From Deltaproteobacteria bacterium (GTDB taxonomy: Bacteria; UBA10199; DSSB01; JACPFA01): 64,000 nucleotides of DNA. The translations under genes were made by a program, and so were the position numbers. Shown in pieces: positions 1 through 8,657 of the stretch (positions are counted from its first letter, which is position 1; every line of letters begins with the position of its first letter). The stretch spans positions 2,834-66,833 of the forward strand of contig JACPFA010000016.1 in NCBI GenBank assembly GCA_016183235.1. The letters run 5' to 3'. The notes below the pieces were generated by a model that was not told the origin of the DNA, did no database searches, and saw nothing but the letters and a program-made list of their open reading frames with translations.

Positions 1-537
1 TCTGCAACTTTGTCCCTTAATAATGGTGATGATCGCCAAGCAGAGATAGCCTACCGCGATGATGATCAAGAAGCAGTCGAACCTTACCTAGCCTATGGTA
101 GTGAAAACCCAAAATATTATTCCCCTAATCTTCTGTTTGGCATGGTTTCTTATTGGAGACCTCATTCAGGAGGGCACTCCTTATTTAACGGGATGGGGTT
201 CTCTGCTGCGCTGGGCTTTGCCAATTTAGATGGCTTAACTTTGGCAGCTGGCTTAGATTACAACCTTACCTCTCAACAAGAAATCTTGCCGACCCTTTCT
301 ACCTTTTACCAATTGAGTGATGACGTTTATTGGGAAAATAAATTTGGGATTGGCGTTGGGCTCCCTTTTTTGGACCCCCCCTACCCTACTGCAATGGGAT
401 CCTCAGGCTTGGGCGCTGAAATTGTGTTTGGAATAAAATTAAAAGGTGGGGTTCGGTTTAGTTTTCCCCTCGACGATCAACACCACAATGAAGATTACAT
501 CCCCAGTCTCTTTCTTGGAGTTGACTATTTTCTCTAA
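1..537 (+). CDS. hypothetical protein, 5'-truncated by the window edge; Gly/aromatic-rich C-terminal part, possibly an outer-membrane beta-barrel
   Basis: Frame 1 is open from base 1 (the listed ORF merely starts at TTG at 10). It ends GVDYFL*. Segments alternate hydrophobic and Gly-rich. Confidence 0.45.
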   Translation, partial: SATLSLNNGDDRQAEIAYRDDDQEAVEPYLAYGSENPKYYSPNLLFGMVSYWRPHSGGHSLFNGMGFSAALGFANLDGLTLAAGLDYNLTSQQEILPTLSTFYQLSDDVYWENKFGIGVGLPFLDPPYPTAMGSSGLGAEIVFGIKLKGGVRFSFPLDDQHHNEDYIPSLFLGVDYFL

Positions 538-566
538 GGCCTTTTCATTTCGCCTTGCAACAGTCT

Positions 567-583
567 GTATACAAAAAGTATAC
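567..583. promoter_or_regulatory. GTATAC-N5-GTATAC box, copy 1 (putative operator)
   Basis: Sequence is gtatac aaaaa gtatac, 83 bp upstream of the ATG at 666. TTGCAA at 555-560 plus 18 nt places the TATACA of the second hexamer as a -10-like element. Confidence 0.55.
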
Positions 584-665
584 ATAATTGCACCTTCTTT
601 AACTCCTTCAATCAATTCCTCATCACCGCTTAATCGATAATCAAGGCTTAGAAAGGAGATGTATT

Positions 666-962
666 ATGAAACATTTCATTATTAGCTTAGTATTAAGTAT
701 CTCGATTTTGGGTTTAGGGGCCTGTGGGGGAAGTAGTGCTGACCTCCCACCGCCAGAAGAGGAGGCCAAAGAAGCATTTCAGGCTGTCGCAACGCCTACG
801 GCTGTCGCAACGCCTACGGCTGTCATAACCCCTACACCAGAACCTTCACCTACTGCACTTCCAGATGGTGATTCCGATGGAATTCCGGATGCAGAAGATA
901 ACTTTCCTAATTGTAATGATTATGCGGCCTATTCGTGCTCGCAGAGGGTACGACAAGAATAA
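666..962 (+). CDS. small secreted lipoprotein with Pro/Thr linker and thrombospondin-type-3-like Ca-binding motif
   Basis: RBS aaaggag. Signal peptide with lipobox LGLGAC. Motif DGDSDGIPDAEDNFPNC. C-terminal C-x3-AY-x-C loop. Confidence 0.8.
   Translation: MKHFIISLVLSISILGLGACGGSSADLPPPEEEAKEAFQAVATPTAVATPTAVITPTPEPSPTALPDGDSDGIPDAEDNFPNCNDYAAYSCSQRVRQE
783..836 (+). repeat. in-frame 18-bp tandem repeat (2 perfect units plus 1 diverged) encoding AVATPT
   Basis: gctgtcgcaacgcctacg occurs twice, followed by gctgtcataacccctaca. Confidence 0.85.
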
Positions 963-985
963 TCGTCTATTTTATTTATAGAGAA

Positions 986-1022
986 GAATTGGCCTTGAGA
1001 CCAACATACTCAAGGCCAATTC
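986..1022 (+). terminator. putative intrinsic terminator of the 666..962 gene
   Basis: Perfect 14-bp stem gaattggccttgag / ctcaaggccaattc with a 9-nt loop, followed by a tattatt tract (weak T-run). Confidence 0.55.
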
Positions 1023-1041
1023 TATTATTAAAAAAAGTTCC

Positions 1042-1058
1042 GTATACCTTTGGTATAC
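1042..1058. promoter_or_regulatory. GTATAC-N5-GTATAC box, copy 2
   Basis: Sequence is gtatac ctttg gtatac, 101 bp upstream of the ATG at 1159. Confidence 0.55.
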
Positions 1059-1158
1059 GAAAACTTGGCGAGTCGGCATTATTCATGCGGCCAAAAATAA
1101 CTAAATCCCGATAAGGTTATTAGGACCAGCTAGTAACTTTAAATAAAGGGGTTTAGAT

Positions 1159-1518
1159 ATGAAGAACGTATTACTATTAAAGCTTGTCATGGTTGCCATG
1201 TTAATTTCGGGCGTAGTGGCTTGTGGAGATGCAGGCGACTCGGTTGATGTTGAGATTCCAAAGGCCCCTGTTGCCAGCACACCACCTGAGGTTACTGTTC
1301 CTACGCCACCGCCTACTGATGGGCCCATGACTCAAGAAGAAATGGTTGAATTTGTGGCTAGCTTGCCAAACGGTACCCTTGAAGCCCTGGCTGAATTAGG
1401 CAAGAGCAAGCAAAAGACGCGCCCTCCAGTGATTATTCAAATACCGGTGAAGCCCGTATGTCCAGAAGGAGAAATGCTCCCAGCCTATGATTGCACTTCT
1501 GCTACTATAGAAGAATAA
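1159..1518 (+). CDS. small secreted lipoprotein, paralog family (CPEG-x-LPAY-x-C loop)
   Basis: Signal peptide with lipobox SGVVAC. Pro-rich linker. C-terminal CPEGEMLPAYDC. Confidence 0.8.
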   Translation: MKNVLLLKLVMVAMLISGVVACGDAGDSVDVEIPKAPVASTPPEVTVPTPPPTDGPMTQEEMVEFVASLPNGTLEALAELGKSKQKTRPPVIIQIPVKPVCPEGEMLPAYDCTSATIEE

Positions 1519-1540
1519 AATAGGAATTAAAGGATTTTTT

Positions 1541-2020
1541 ATGAAAATTATCTCCGTGTTTACCAAGTTTTTATCGATTGTTTTATTATTATCAGGGTTC
1601 ATGGCTTGCGGAAGTTCAGACACCTTCATAGAAATTGTGATTCCAGAGGTTCCAGAGACTGAAACGACTGTATTTAATCCCAGTGAAGCGGCTGAAGAAG
1701 CACTCACTCCTGAACCTTCGCCTACGCCGTCTCCGAATGAAGAAGAAGAGCCTCTTGAGCGCTCTACTATTCCCGACTGCCCTGAAGGACCGCTACCTGC
1801 TTATAATTGTAAAACTGTCCACAAAGGGGGGAAGGACCCCAGCCGCACGCCTTCTGTCTCATTAGCCGCTGCTGCAAATACTACCTCCGTTGTTAAGGAA
1901 TATATGGCGGAACAATTGGCGAAATATCGTCTCGATGATTTAATATTCGATGATAATAACGCCGCACTGTCTGAGGCAACAACGCCTGAAATGGAACAAT
2001 TAGATTTAGAACTCAAGTAA
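1541..2020 (+). CDS. small secreted lipoprotein, paralog family (CPEG-LPAY-x-C loop)
   Basis: Signal peptide with lipobox SGFMAC. PEPSPTPSP linker. CPEGPLPAYNC. Confidence 0.8.
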   Translation: MKIISVFTKFLSIVLLLSGFMACGSSDTFIEIVIPEVPETETTVFNPSEAAEEALTPEPSPTPSPNEEEEPLERSTIPDCPEGPLPAYNCKTVHKGGKDPSRTPSVSLAAAANTTSVVKEYMAEQLAKYRLDDLIFDDNNAALSEATTPEMEQLDLELK

Positions 2021-2029
2021 GCACACATC

Positions 2030-2046
2030 GTATACGCGCAGTATAC
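2030..2046. promoter_or_regulatory. GTATAC-N5-GTATAC box, copy 3
   Basis: Sequence is gtatac gcgca gtatac, 115 bp upstream of the GTG at 2161. Confidence 0.55.
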
Positions 2047-2160
2047 AAAAACTCTGTTTTTTAAGGGCTCCCTAAAACTCTACCCCTTTCCAGAATCGAT
2101 AACAGCAATAAGGCACGGCAATACCATGGACCTATTGTTGGCCTTTCGAATGGGGTTTAT

Positions 2161-5100
2161 GTGGAATATGGATTGCGTGTACGGTTCAGTTTAGGCTTTT
2201 TTTTGATGCTCTGTCTTGGTTTACTTGGTTATTCCAAAGACCTTTACGCTTGTGCCGGTGTGTTTCCCAATTTTAACGAATGTTTGTGGGGCTTCGAAAA
2301 TAACGAAACAATTTCTCTTGTCACCCTTGAGGGCCCCGATGGCTCAAACCTTAGCCTAAAAGAAGGCTGGGTAGGCAAAGACATCCCTATGCTTACTTAT
2401 GCCAATCAACCGGAAAGTGCGGCAGGGGCTCAAGCTGCACGCATCCAATTTAAAAAAATTGCTAGCATCACAAGCACAAATAAAACGGGGCAAGCCTATG
2501 GGATTCGTCGCCAATTAAAAAGTGGAGAGTGGAATAAAATACAGGCCCTCAGCCTCCAATATAAAATAGGAAGCGATGAACCAACTTCTGCTTTGGTACC
2601 CCAAAATAATTTTGCCCCTTCTGATAAAGACATTTTTCAATTTTCGATTGTTTGCCAAGATGGAACGATCCAACCTCCCATCGGTATTGATGCCTTGTTT
2701 AATTGGAGTTTTACCAATAGCTATAAAAAAAGATGGCGCGATGATATAGCCAGCCTCAAGAAAAATATCCGTTGCTCGGGGGATCCTGAGCTGGGCCCTT
2801 ACACAGCGGACGCTCTCATTCTTTGGCTTGATATCCCAGAACCCATGACACTGTATTTAGACGATGTGCAAGGCATCTTTGATCAAGCCTTAAAATCACC
2901 TGCCGATTTTGCGATTGATCTGGGAGGCTCTTACACTGAGGCTTCGGCCTTTGCGGTTCTCAATTCTGTCGCCGATGAACTGCAACCAGCCCCTGAAGGA
3001 GCTATCATCAAGGCCTATGGTTGGGCAAAACCCCCTCAAGGTTCCATCAAATCTTTTGTTAACAATTATATAGGTGGCAATCATTATCCTTGGATCGTCG
3101 ACGCCGTGCAGGCAGATTTTATGCAATTTGTCCCTGCAAATTATTGGACAAACGCAGGCATGTCTCAAAAAGCCACCTTTCGGCTCGAATTACCTTATCA
3201 AAAACAATCAGAACAAAATTACACGGTTTTACTTCTCCTGATGGATACCGGTAATGCAAACGAATTAGGACGATCCCACTACATGGACCACAGCGAGTAT
3301 TATGCCAATTCGAGTGATGAAAATCCAGAAAAACGCCGCATTGAAATATTTCAAGAGGGCAACAAATTAACTTCTAAAAATGTTTCATCCCTTTGGAAAT
3401 CTGGCGGAAAACCAGACAAAGGCTGGCTAGAACAAATGATGTCAAAAGAACCCGATTATAATACAAATATCTTTGACTTTCATTTTGCTCACAAACGCCA
3501 ATGGGTTAGACTCGATTTTTCAATTAAAAAAGGAATTGGGAATCCCGAGGATGGCACAACGGTTGACATTGACCTAATGCCAGGAGTTTCTTTTCCGTTG
3601 GCTGCAATTTTTATTTTCAAAGACAAACAAACAGCCGATGATGACGAACTCACCCAACCGATCGAACAGTATTTTAAAATGTTTCAACCAAGTATCCCGC
3701 TAGTTTATTCACCCCCCTCCAAACAGGCATCGACACTAGCTCCGAAAAAGAATCTTGTGGTTTATCCTATTTCGGTTGGATCAGCGGTTGATCGATATGC
3801 TGCCCCGATCGATGAAGAAATCGAATGGGCCAATAACTTGGTTGATAACAAGTCTGCTCTCACTCTCAATGGTTTTGCTGGCGAGCGCGGGCAACTCGAA
3901 CTGAATATCTACGCTCAAACAGCAGTGAATGATCTTAGTATTACACTGTCAAACCTTGATGAACTTCCTCAACCCAAAATGGAAGGCGGACGTTATAGTA
4001 TTTATTCTGAGGGTCTTGGTAATCATGGTCTCAGCCCCTTCCTCATGAAAGTGCGCAGTTTTTTGCCGTTTAATGATTTCTCTTATTTTAAAATTCTTCA
4101 ATCCAAGCAAAACCGCCAAGTGTTATTGACCTGGGATTTTCCTAAACAGGTGAAAAGTGGAACTTACCAGGGAAATATCGTTATTAAAGGTGGTGGCACA
4201 ACTTTTTCTTACCCTCTGCAAATCAATATTTTGCCCTTTGCTTTAGAAACCCACTCGTTTGAGGGGCGTTTTTACAACGGAGACAATTATAAATCCTACA
4301 TTCACGAAATAAACCAACTCAATCAAATGAATTGTTTTTATACTCAAAGCAGTCACGCCAATATTTCGACCAACACCCCCGAACATAATTGTCAGATCGG
4401 CAGTAACTCCGTAACATTGGATGAAGCAAGAATTTCAGAAATTATCGATACAACAAAGCATCATTTTCGACGTGGTAACACGCCGATTTGGTTGACAAGC
4501 GTGGTTAATGATAAAAATCCTCAAGAAATTATTAACTGGGATCAGCCCCCCAATGCAAACATTGGAATAAAAAACCAAAGCCTCTGGTTTTATAATGACA
4601 TGGTTAACCCCAACATCCCACCGGCTTATTCGAATCAGGAAATACCGAGCTTTTTACCAAGCGACAATTCTCTCATCGTTCACCTTGACGCTCTCTATCA
4701 AACAGCCATGGTCTATGTGGCACGTAACAATAGTACTGGAAAGATTTGTAATAACGATTTTTTTGGCTCAGGTGTGGGAGACTTGCCTCCTTTAACGGAT
4801 AATTGTAGTTGGAAACTAGAACCGATGGGGGTTGGGGGCGGTATTTTCTTGGGCCCTAACGACTACCAAATCGTCTCTACTTTTTTACCCAAATGGATCC
4901 AAAACGTTACCCATTTTGTCAAAAAATATTGGAGCAATAAAGATATTTATTATGACTTTTGGGGCGAATTGGATAATGCGCAAAATCACCTTAACGATGT
5001 AGCGGAGTATAAAGAAGATTATTATTTAAGCGGAGTTCTTGATCTTGGGTGTCAATTTCGAGATTTCCTAAAAAAAGTCGACCCTCAGGCCAAAATCAGC

Positions 5101-6642
5101 TTACGCATCAATGGCCTGGTTGGTTTAGCCGTTGCCTGTAACTATTGCACGCCTGAAGGTAAGCCCGGGCATTACAAGCCCTTACCCTTTCCTATTGCAT
5201 CCTACAAAAACACCTCCCAAAATGGGCAAACGGTTAAAGAAAAATATTCCCCTGAACAGATGAAACAATTTTCTCAAGGAAACTTTTCTGCCATTGCGCA
5301 GGCATGTCTCAATAGTACGGATTCATCGCCAAAATTTAGGGTTTTTGCCAATCACGCGATGATTAAAAAATTTGAATACCAAGGCAAAGCGATAACCCCT
5401 ATTGAATTATTGTATCAAAGTAGTCGGGAAGTCGGCTTTTACAATCATGGCTATGGAAGATTTGGGCATGGGTTCTATGCCATGGGGGTTGCTTACAAAC
5501 TTTTACAAGACAATAAACAAGAAATCTCTGCCCAGGCAATGGCCTCTACGATTAAGATTGCACAAGAACATTACGCAAAAGAAGTGGGGGAATGTATTAA
5601 TGAACTCGATGGGGACTCGGGTCGTACAACACCCGCGCAAGCCTGCCCCAGTGGCATTGTTTCTACACCAGGGTGGGAGGGCATGTACCAAGGCATGTCC
5701 GATGCTCACCATGTGATTACACTATTCGATTTACTATCAAAGGCTGAAACGAAGCTTGACGCAGCATTGCCCACAACCCTTCGTGGAGAGCTTGACGCCA
5801 TACTTTCCCAAATACCCATAGCAGATGTCAAAGCACTACCTCCTGAGGCTATTGGTGAAATGGCGGGCTGGGATGGCCCCCAAATGGATAAGGTGCGGCT
5901 TTATTTAGCAAACTATATTTTAAAGATAAAAATCCTGCTGGGGGATTTTGAAAAACAAAATTTATCAGATTTCGATGGCGATGGTATTTTAACGGAAAAT
6001 GATAATTGCCCCCTCATGGCTAACCACAACCAGGCCGATGAAGATATGAATGGAATTGGGGATGCCTGCCAGTACACTGCCATTGTACCTAAAATGCCAC
6101 CTAAACCAGAAACTATAGGTGAAATTACAAAACCACCTTCTTATGAGTTGACGCTCGACGTTATAAAATCATATGCGAATTTCTATGAACAACTTAATTT
6201 CAACAAACACGCTGCTCAAAAACCAAATTGCCCCCCTGAAACTGTTTTAGTGGGCGACCTATGTTTCAAATTCCCTACTACGTCAAACTCAAATGACAAT
6301 GAACCTCTGGAGTCGAATAACAATGAATCTCCGGGGAATGAACCTAACGATTGTGCTATGGAGCTTGAGTCATGTGATAACATCGACAACAATTGTAATG
6401 GTCTGGTTGACGAAAATTGCGATTGCTCGAGCGGAGACGAACAACTGTGCATTCTTCCCCTTGAAGAATACAAACCTGGGATTCAACAATGCATTGATAA
6501 GCAATGGAGCACTCATTGTGAAATGACCGACGATGACAAAGCTAACAATGGAATTATTTTCAAAGATGAGCAGGACAAAGCCGAACCACTGCATGACTCT
6601 CCAAGCATAATGGGCGGTGGTTGTTCACTCCACAAAGGATGA
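2161..6642 (+). CDS. giant secreted protein (1493 aa) with thrombospondin-type-3 repeat, Cys-rich CxxCxxC-type motif and a tail-less GGGCSL C-terminus
   Basis: GTG start. N-terminal signal and possible lipobox (LYAC). Motifs DFDGDGILTENDNCPLMANHNQADEDMNGIGDAC and CDNIDNNCNGLVDENCDC. The first ~1250 aa have no motif I recognise. Confidence 0.85.
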   Translation: MEYGLRVRFSLGFFLMLCLGLLGYSKDLYACAGVFPNFNECLWGFENNETISLVTLEGPDGSNLSLKEGWVGKDIPMLTYANQPESAAGAQAARIQFKKIASITSTNKTGQAYGIRRQLKSGEWNKIQALSLQYKIGSDEPTSALVPQNNFAPSDKDIFQFSIVCQDGTIQPPIGIDALFNWSFTNSYKKRWRDDIASLKKNIRCSGDPELGPYTADALILWLDIPEPMTLYLDDVQGIFDQALKSPADFAIDLGGSYTEASAFAVLNSVADELQPAPEGAIIKAYGWAKPPQGSIKSFVNNYIGGNHYPWIVDAVQADFMQFVPANYWTNAGMSQKATFRLELPYQKQSEQNYTVLLLLMDTGNANELGRSHYMDHSEYYANSSDENPEKRRIEIFQEGNKLTSKNVSSLWKSGGKPDKGWLEQMMSKEPDYNTNIFDFHFAHKRQWVRLDFSIKKGIGNPEDGTTVDIDLMPGVSFPLAAIFIFKDKQTADDDELTQPIEQYFKMFQPSIPLVYSPPSKQASTLAPKKNLVVYPISVGSAVDRYAAPIDEEIEWANNLVDNKSALTLNGFAGERGQLELNIYAQTAVNDLSITLSNLDELPQPKMEGGRYSIYSEGLGNHGLSPFLMKVRSFLPFNDFSYFKILQSKQNRQVLLTWDFPKQVKSGTYQGNIVIKGGGTTFSYPLQINILPFALETHSFEGRFYNGDNYKSYIHEINQLNQMNCFYTQSSHANISTNTPEHNCQIGSNSVTLDEARISEIIDTTKHHFRRGNTPIWLTSVVNDKNPQEIINWDQPPNANIGIKNQSLWFYNDMVNPNIPPAYSNQEIPSFLPSDNSLIVHLDALYQTAMVYVARNNSTGKICNNDFFGSGVGDLPPLTDNCSWKLEPMGVGGGIFLGPNDYQIVSTFLPKWIQNVTHFVKKYWSNKDIYYDFWGELDNAQNHLNDVAEYKEDYYLSGVLDLGCQFRDFLKKVDPQAKISLRINGLVGLAVACNYCTPEGKPGHYKPLPFPIASYKNTSQNGQTVKEKYSPEQMKQFSQGNFSAIAQACLNSTDSSPKFRVFANHAMIKKFEYQGKAITPIELLYQSSREVGFYNHGYGRFGHGFYAMGVAYKLLQDNKQEISAQAMASTIKIAQEHYAKEVGECINELDGDSGRTTPAQACPSGIVSTPGWEGMYQGMSDAHHVITLFDLLSKAETKLDAALPTTLRGELDAILSQIPIADVKALPPEAIGEMAGWDGPQMDKVRLYLANYILKIKILLGDFEKQNLSDFDGDGILTENDNCPLMANHNQADEDMNGIGDACQYTAIVPKMPPKPETIGEITKPPSYELTLDVIKSYANFYEQLNFNKHAAQKPNCPPETVLVGDLCFKFPTTSNSNDNEPLESNNNESPGNEPNDCAMELESCDNIDNNCNGLVDENCDCSSGDEQLCILPLEEYKPGIQQCIDKQWSTHCEMTDDDKANNGIIFKDEQDKAEPLHDSPSIMGGGCSLHKG

Positions 6643-6647
6643 TGACA

Positions 6648-8573
6648 TCATTTTAGAAAAGTTTGGATGAGTTGATCGATTTGCGGGTTGGGTTGGCCGT
6701 TGACTAAGGCCTTGCCGTCTTTGTAACTGAACTCCATCGATAAGGTATCGGCTTTGCGATCAATCACTGCATAAGGTGTTATCATCATCAAGCTACTTGA
6801 AGTGCCAGGTTTGATTTTATCTAAAAACTTTTCGAAAGCACTCAACGAATTGATCTTATTAAGATAAGATATTTCTAATTTTTGCCAAAGATAAGGCAGC
6901 ACTTTGCTTTGAACTGCTGGGTTTTTGCTTAAAGGCTCGCTCGTGAGTTCTTCGGGGTTTAAATTTAAATCTTTAAGATTAATGCTGGTCTTAAGATCGA
7001 TCTCATCAGAGAACCATTGTGGCCTTAGATCCACCATTAAATAGAGATTAACCCCATATTGACCCTTTAACAAAGTTTGAAAAAAAGGTGCCATGTCTCT
7101 GTTGGGTTGACTCTCCGCCAGCATGCCTTGGGCATAACTGCGAATCGATTGCCAAGGATATTTAAAACCCATCTTTAGTTTTGCTGATAAATTTTCTAAA
7201 GTACCAACCGGGAGCTTGGGCAGATTGGCGCTGCCCGCAGCACTGATCATATATTCCAAGCCATTTTCGTTCAGGTCAAGGGCTACCGTAAGGTCTTTCA
7301 AATTAAAATTCGATTCACCATCCTGATAACTCAATTGGGCAACTCCAAGTTGAGATTTCCATTGGAGTGGGTATTGAGCAAGTGCGGTTAAGTAAAAAGG
7401 CCATAGTTCCCCAACCCCTAATTGGTTTTGAAAGGTTTTGCCTAAATAACGATAATAAGCGCTCAAAAAATTTGCATAAGACATGCCAGGATAAATGCTG
7501 GCAGAAGTTGCACGAACTTCTCCTAATTCCCATTCGCTAACTTTTTTCTCATGATCGGCCGTTTTTATTTTGAAGCCTTTGGCACTCATATCGGCATTAA
7601 CCGAAAACCCATTGGGGCTTTCTTCTAGAAGCACAAGAGCTTTCATGGGTTTGATATCAAGCGATTGGTTTTTTTCTTTGTTGGTATAATGTAGGCCGTC
7701 CCATGAGCCTTCAGCTTTTGAAAACATGGGGGCAAATTCTGCAATCCAAGTCGATAGATTATCTAAAAGCATTAAAGGATTCTTGGGATCTTTTAAAACG
7801 CCATCGAATACCGACTTGATTTCTTGGGTTATTTCTTGGCGTCGCGTGATTGATGCATGTTTAATCGAACCTAGATAATTAAAATGCAGCCCCTTTAGGG
7901 GAATCATTTTAGGGGTAGCATCTTCTTTTAACAATAGATCGATGCTTCGAATATCACCTACTACTTCCCAATGATCTCTTTGTTCACGAGTCACCGATTT
8001 TAGAACCAAAGCAAGTTTGTTGAATTGAACTCCGTTTGAGATTGCCGCAGCCCCTTCGGGGCCTCGCAATGACAAAAAGCCTAAATTAAATTTGACTTCC
8101 CACTGATCAGGATTTTCATTATCGAAGGATAATTTTAAATTGGAAAATTTAAACTCCTTTTTAGGTTGAGGAATGACAATGTCGCGAATGGTTAATTGCG
8201 AAATTTTACTGGGGGATTTGAGATAAAAAGCAACCCCGGCTAACTTAAGCTTATCAATTTTATACTCATCGATCGTTAGTAAAGCATGTTTGCGATCCCA
8301 AGGGCAGGTCCGTAATTTAGCCCCAACCACTTGGAAGGGGGGGGGTTGTAAAAATTGTAAAGTGATGGGCTGAACACCAAAGGAAAGATAAGGTAAAAAG
8401 AGGCCCTTGGTTCCTGGTTCAGCAGGCGGGAGGGTGATTTTTAAACCCATGCCTTGGTAAATGCCGCCTGATTGAAATGCCTTGAGACGGCTTTGCATTT
8501 GGTAGCGGGTCCAAAGCAGGCCTGCTACCACGATCAATAAGATAATAAGAAAAATTTTGAGAAACTTTTTCAT
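6648..8573 (-). CDS. hypothetical membrane-anchored protein (641 aa)
   Basis: Long ORF with an N-terminal anchor MKKFLKIFLIILLIVVAGLLW. No recognisable catalytic motif. Contains a C9 homopolymer at codons ~77-79. Confidence 0.75.
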   Translation of the reverse strand: MKKFLKIFLIILLIVVAGLLWTRYQMQSRLKAFQSGGIYQGMGLKITLPPAEPGTKGLFLPYLSFGVQPITLQFLQPPPFQVVGAKLRTCPWDRKHALLTIDEYKIDKLKLAGVAFYLKSPSKISQLTIRDIVIPQPKKEFKFSNLKLSFDNENPDQWEVKFNLGFLSLRGPEGAAAISNGVQFNKLALVLKSVTREQRDHWEVVGDIRSIDLLLKEDATPKMIPLKGLHFNYLGSIKHASITRRQEITQEIKSVFDGVLKDPKNPLMLLDNLSTWIAEFAPMFSKAEGSWDGLHYTNKEKNQSLDIKPMKALVLLEESPNGFSVNADMSAKGFKIKTADHEKKVSEWELGEVRATSASIYPGMSYANFLSAYYRYLGKTFQNQLGVGELWPFYLTALAQYPLQWKSQLGVAQLSYQDGESNFNLKDLTVALDLNENGLEYMISAAGSANLPKLPVGTLENLSAKLKMGFKYPWQSIRSYAQGMLAESQPNRDMAPFFQTLLKGQYGVNLYLMVDLRPQWFSDEIDLKTSINLKDLNLNPEELTSEPLSKNPAVQSKVLPYLWQKLEISYLNKINSLSAFEKFLDKIKPGTSSSLMMITPYAVIDRKADTLSMEFSYKDGKALVNGQPNPQIDQLIQTFLK

Positions 8574-8583
8574 TATAAAACTG

Positions 8584-8651
8584 AAGATTGCTTTGCTATC
8601 ATGGATCCCGGATCACCGGATCAAGTCCGGTGCAGGCTCGTCCGGGATGAC
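8584..8651. repeat. REP-like palindromic element (GGATCCCGG...CCGGGATGAC type)
   Basis: gaagattgctttgctatcatggatcccggatcaccggatcaagtccggtgcaggctcgtccgggatgac. Its left flank is shared with the element at 12553. Confidence 0.8.
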
Positions 8652-8657
8652 ATGGAG

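Noticed and set aside
446-640. Listed 64-aa ORF overlapping the end of the first gene and the first GTATAC box
   Set aside because: It overlaps the longer frame-1 ORF and runs through intergenic promoter DNA. It has no RBS.
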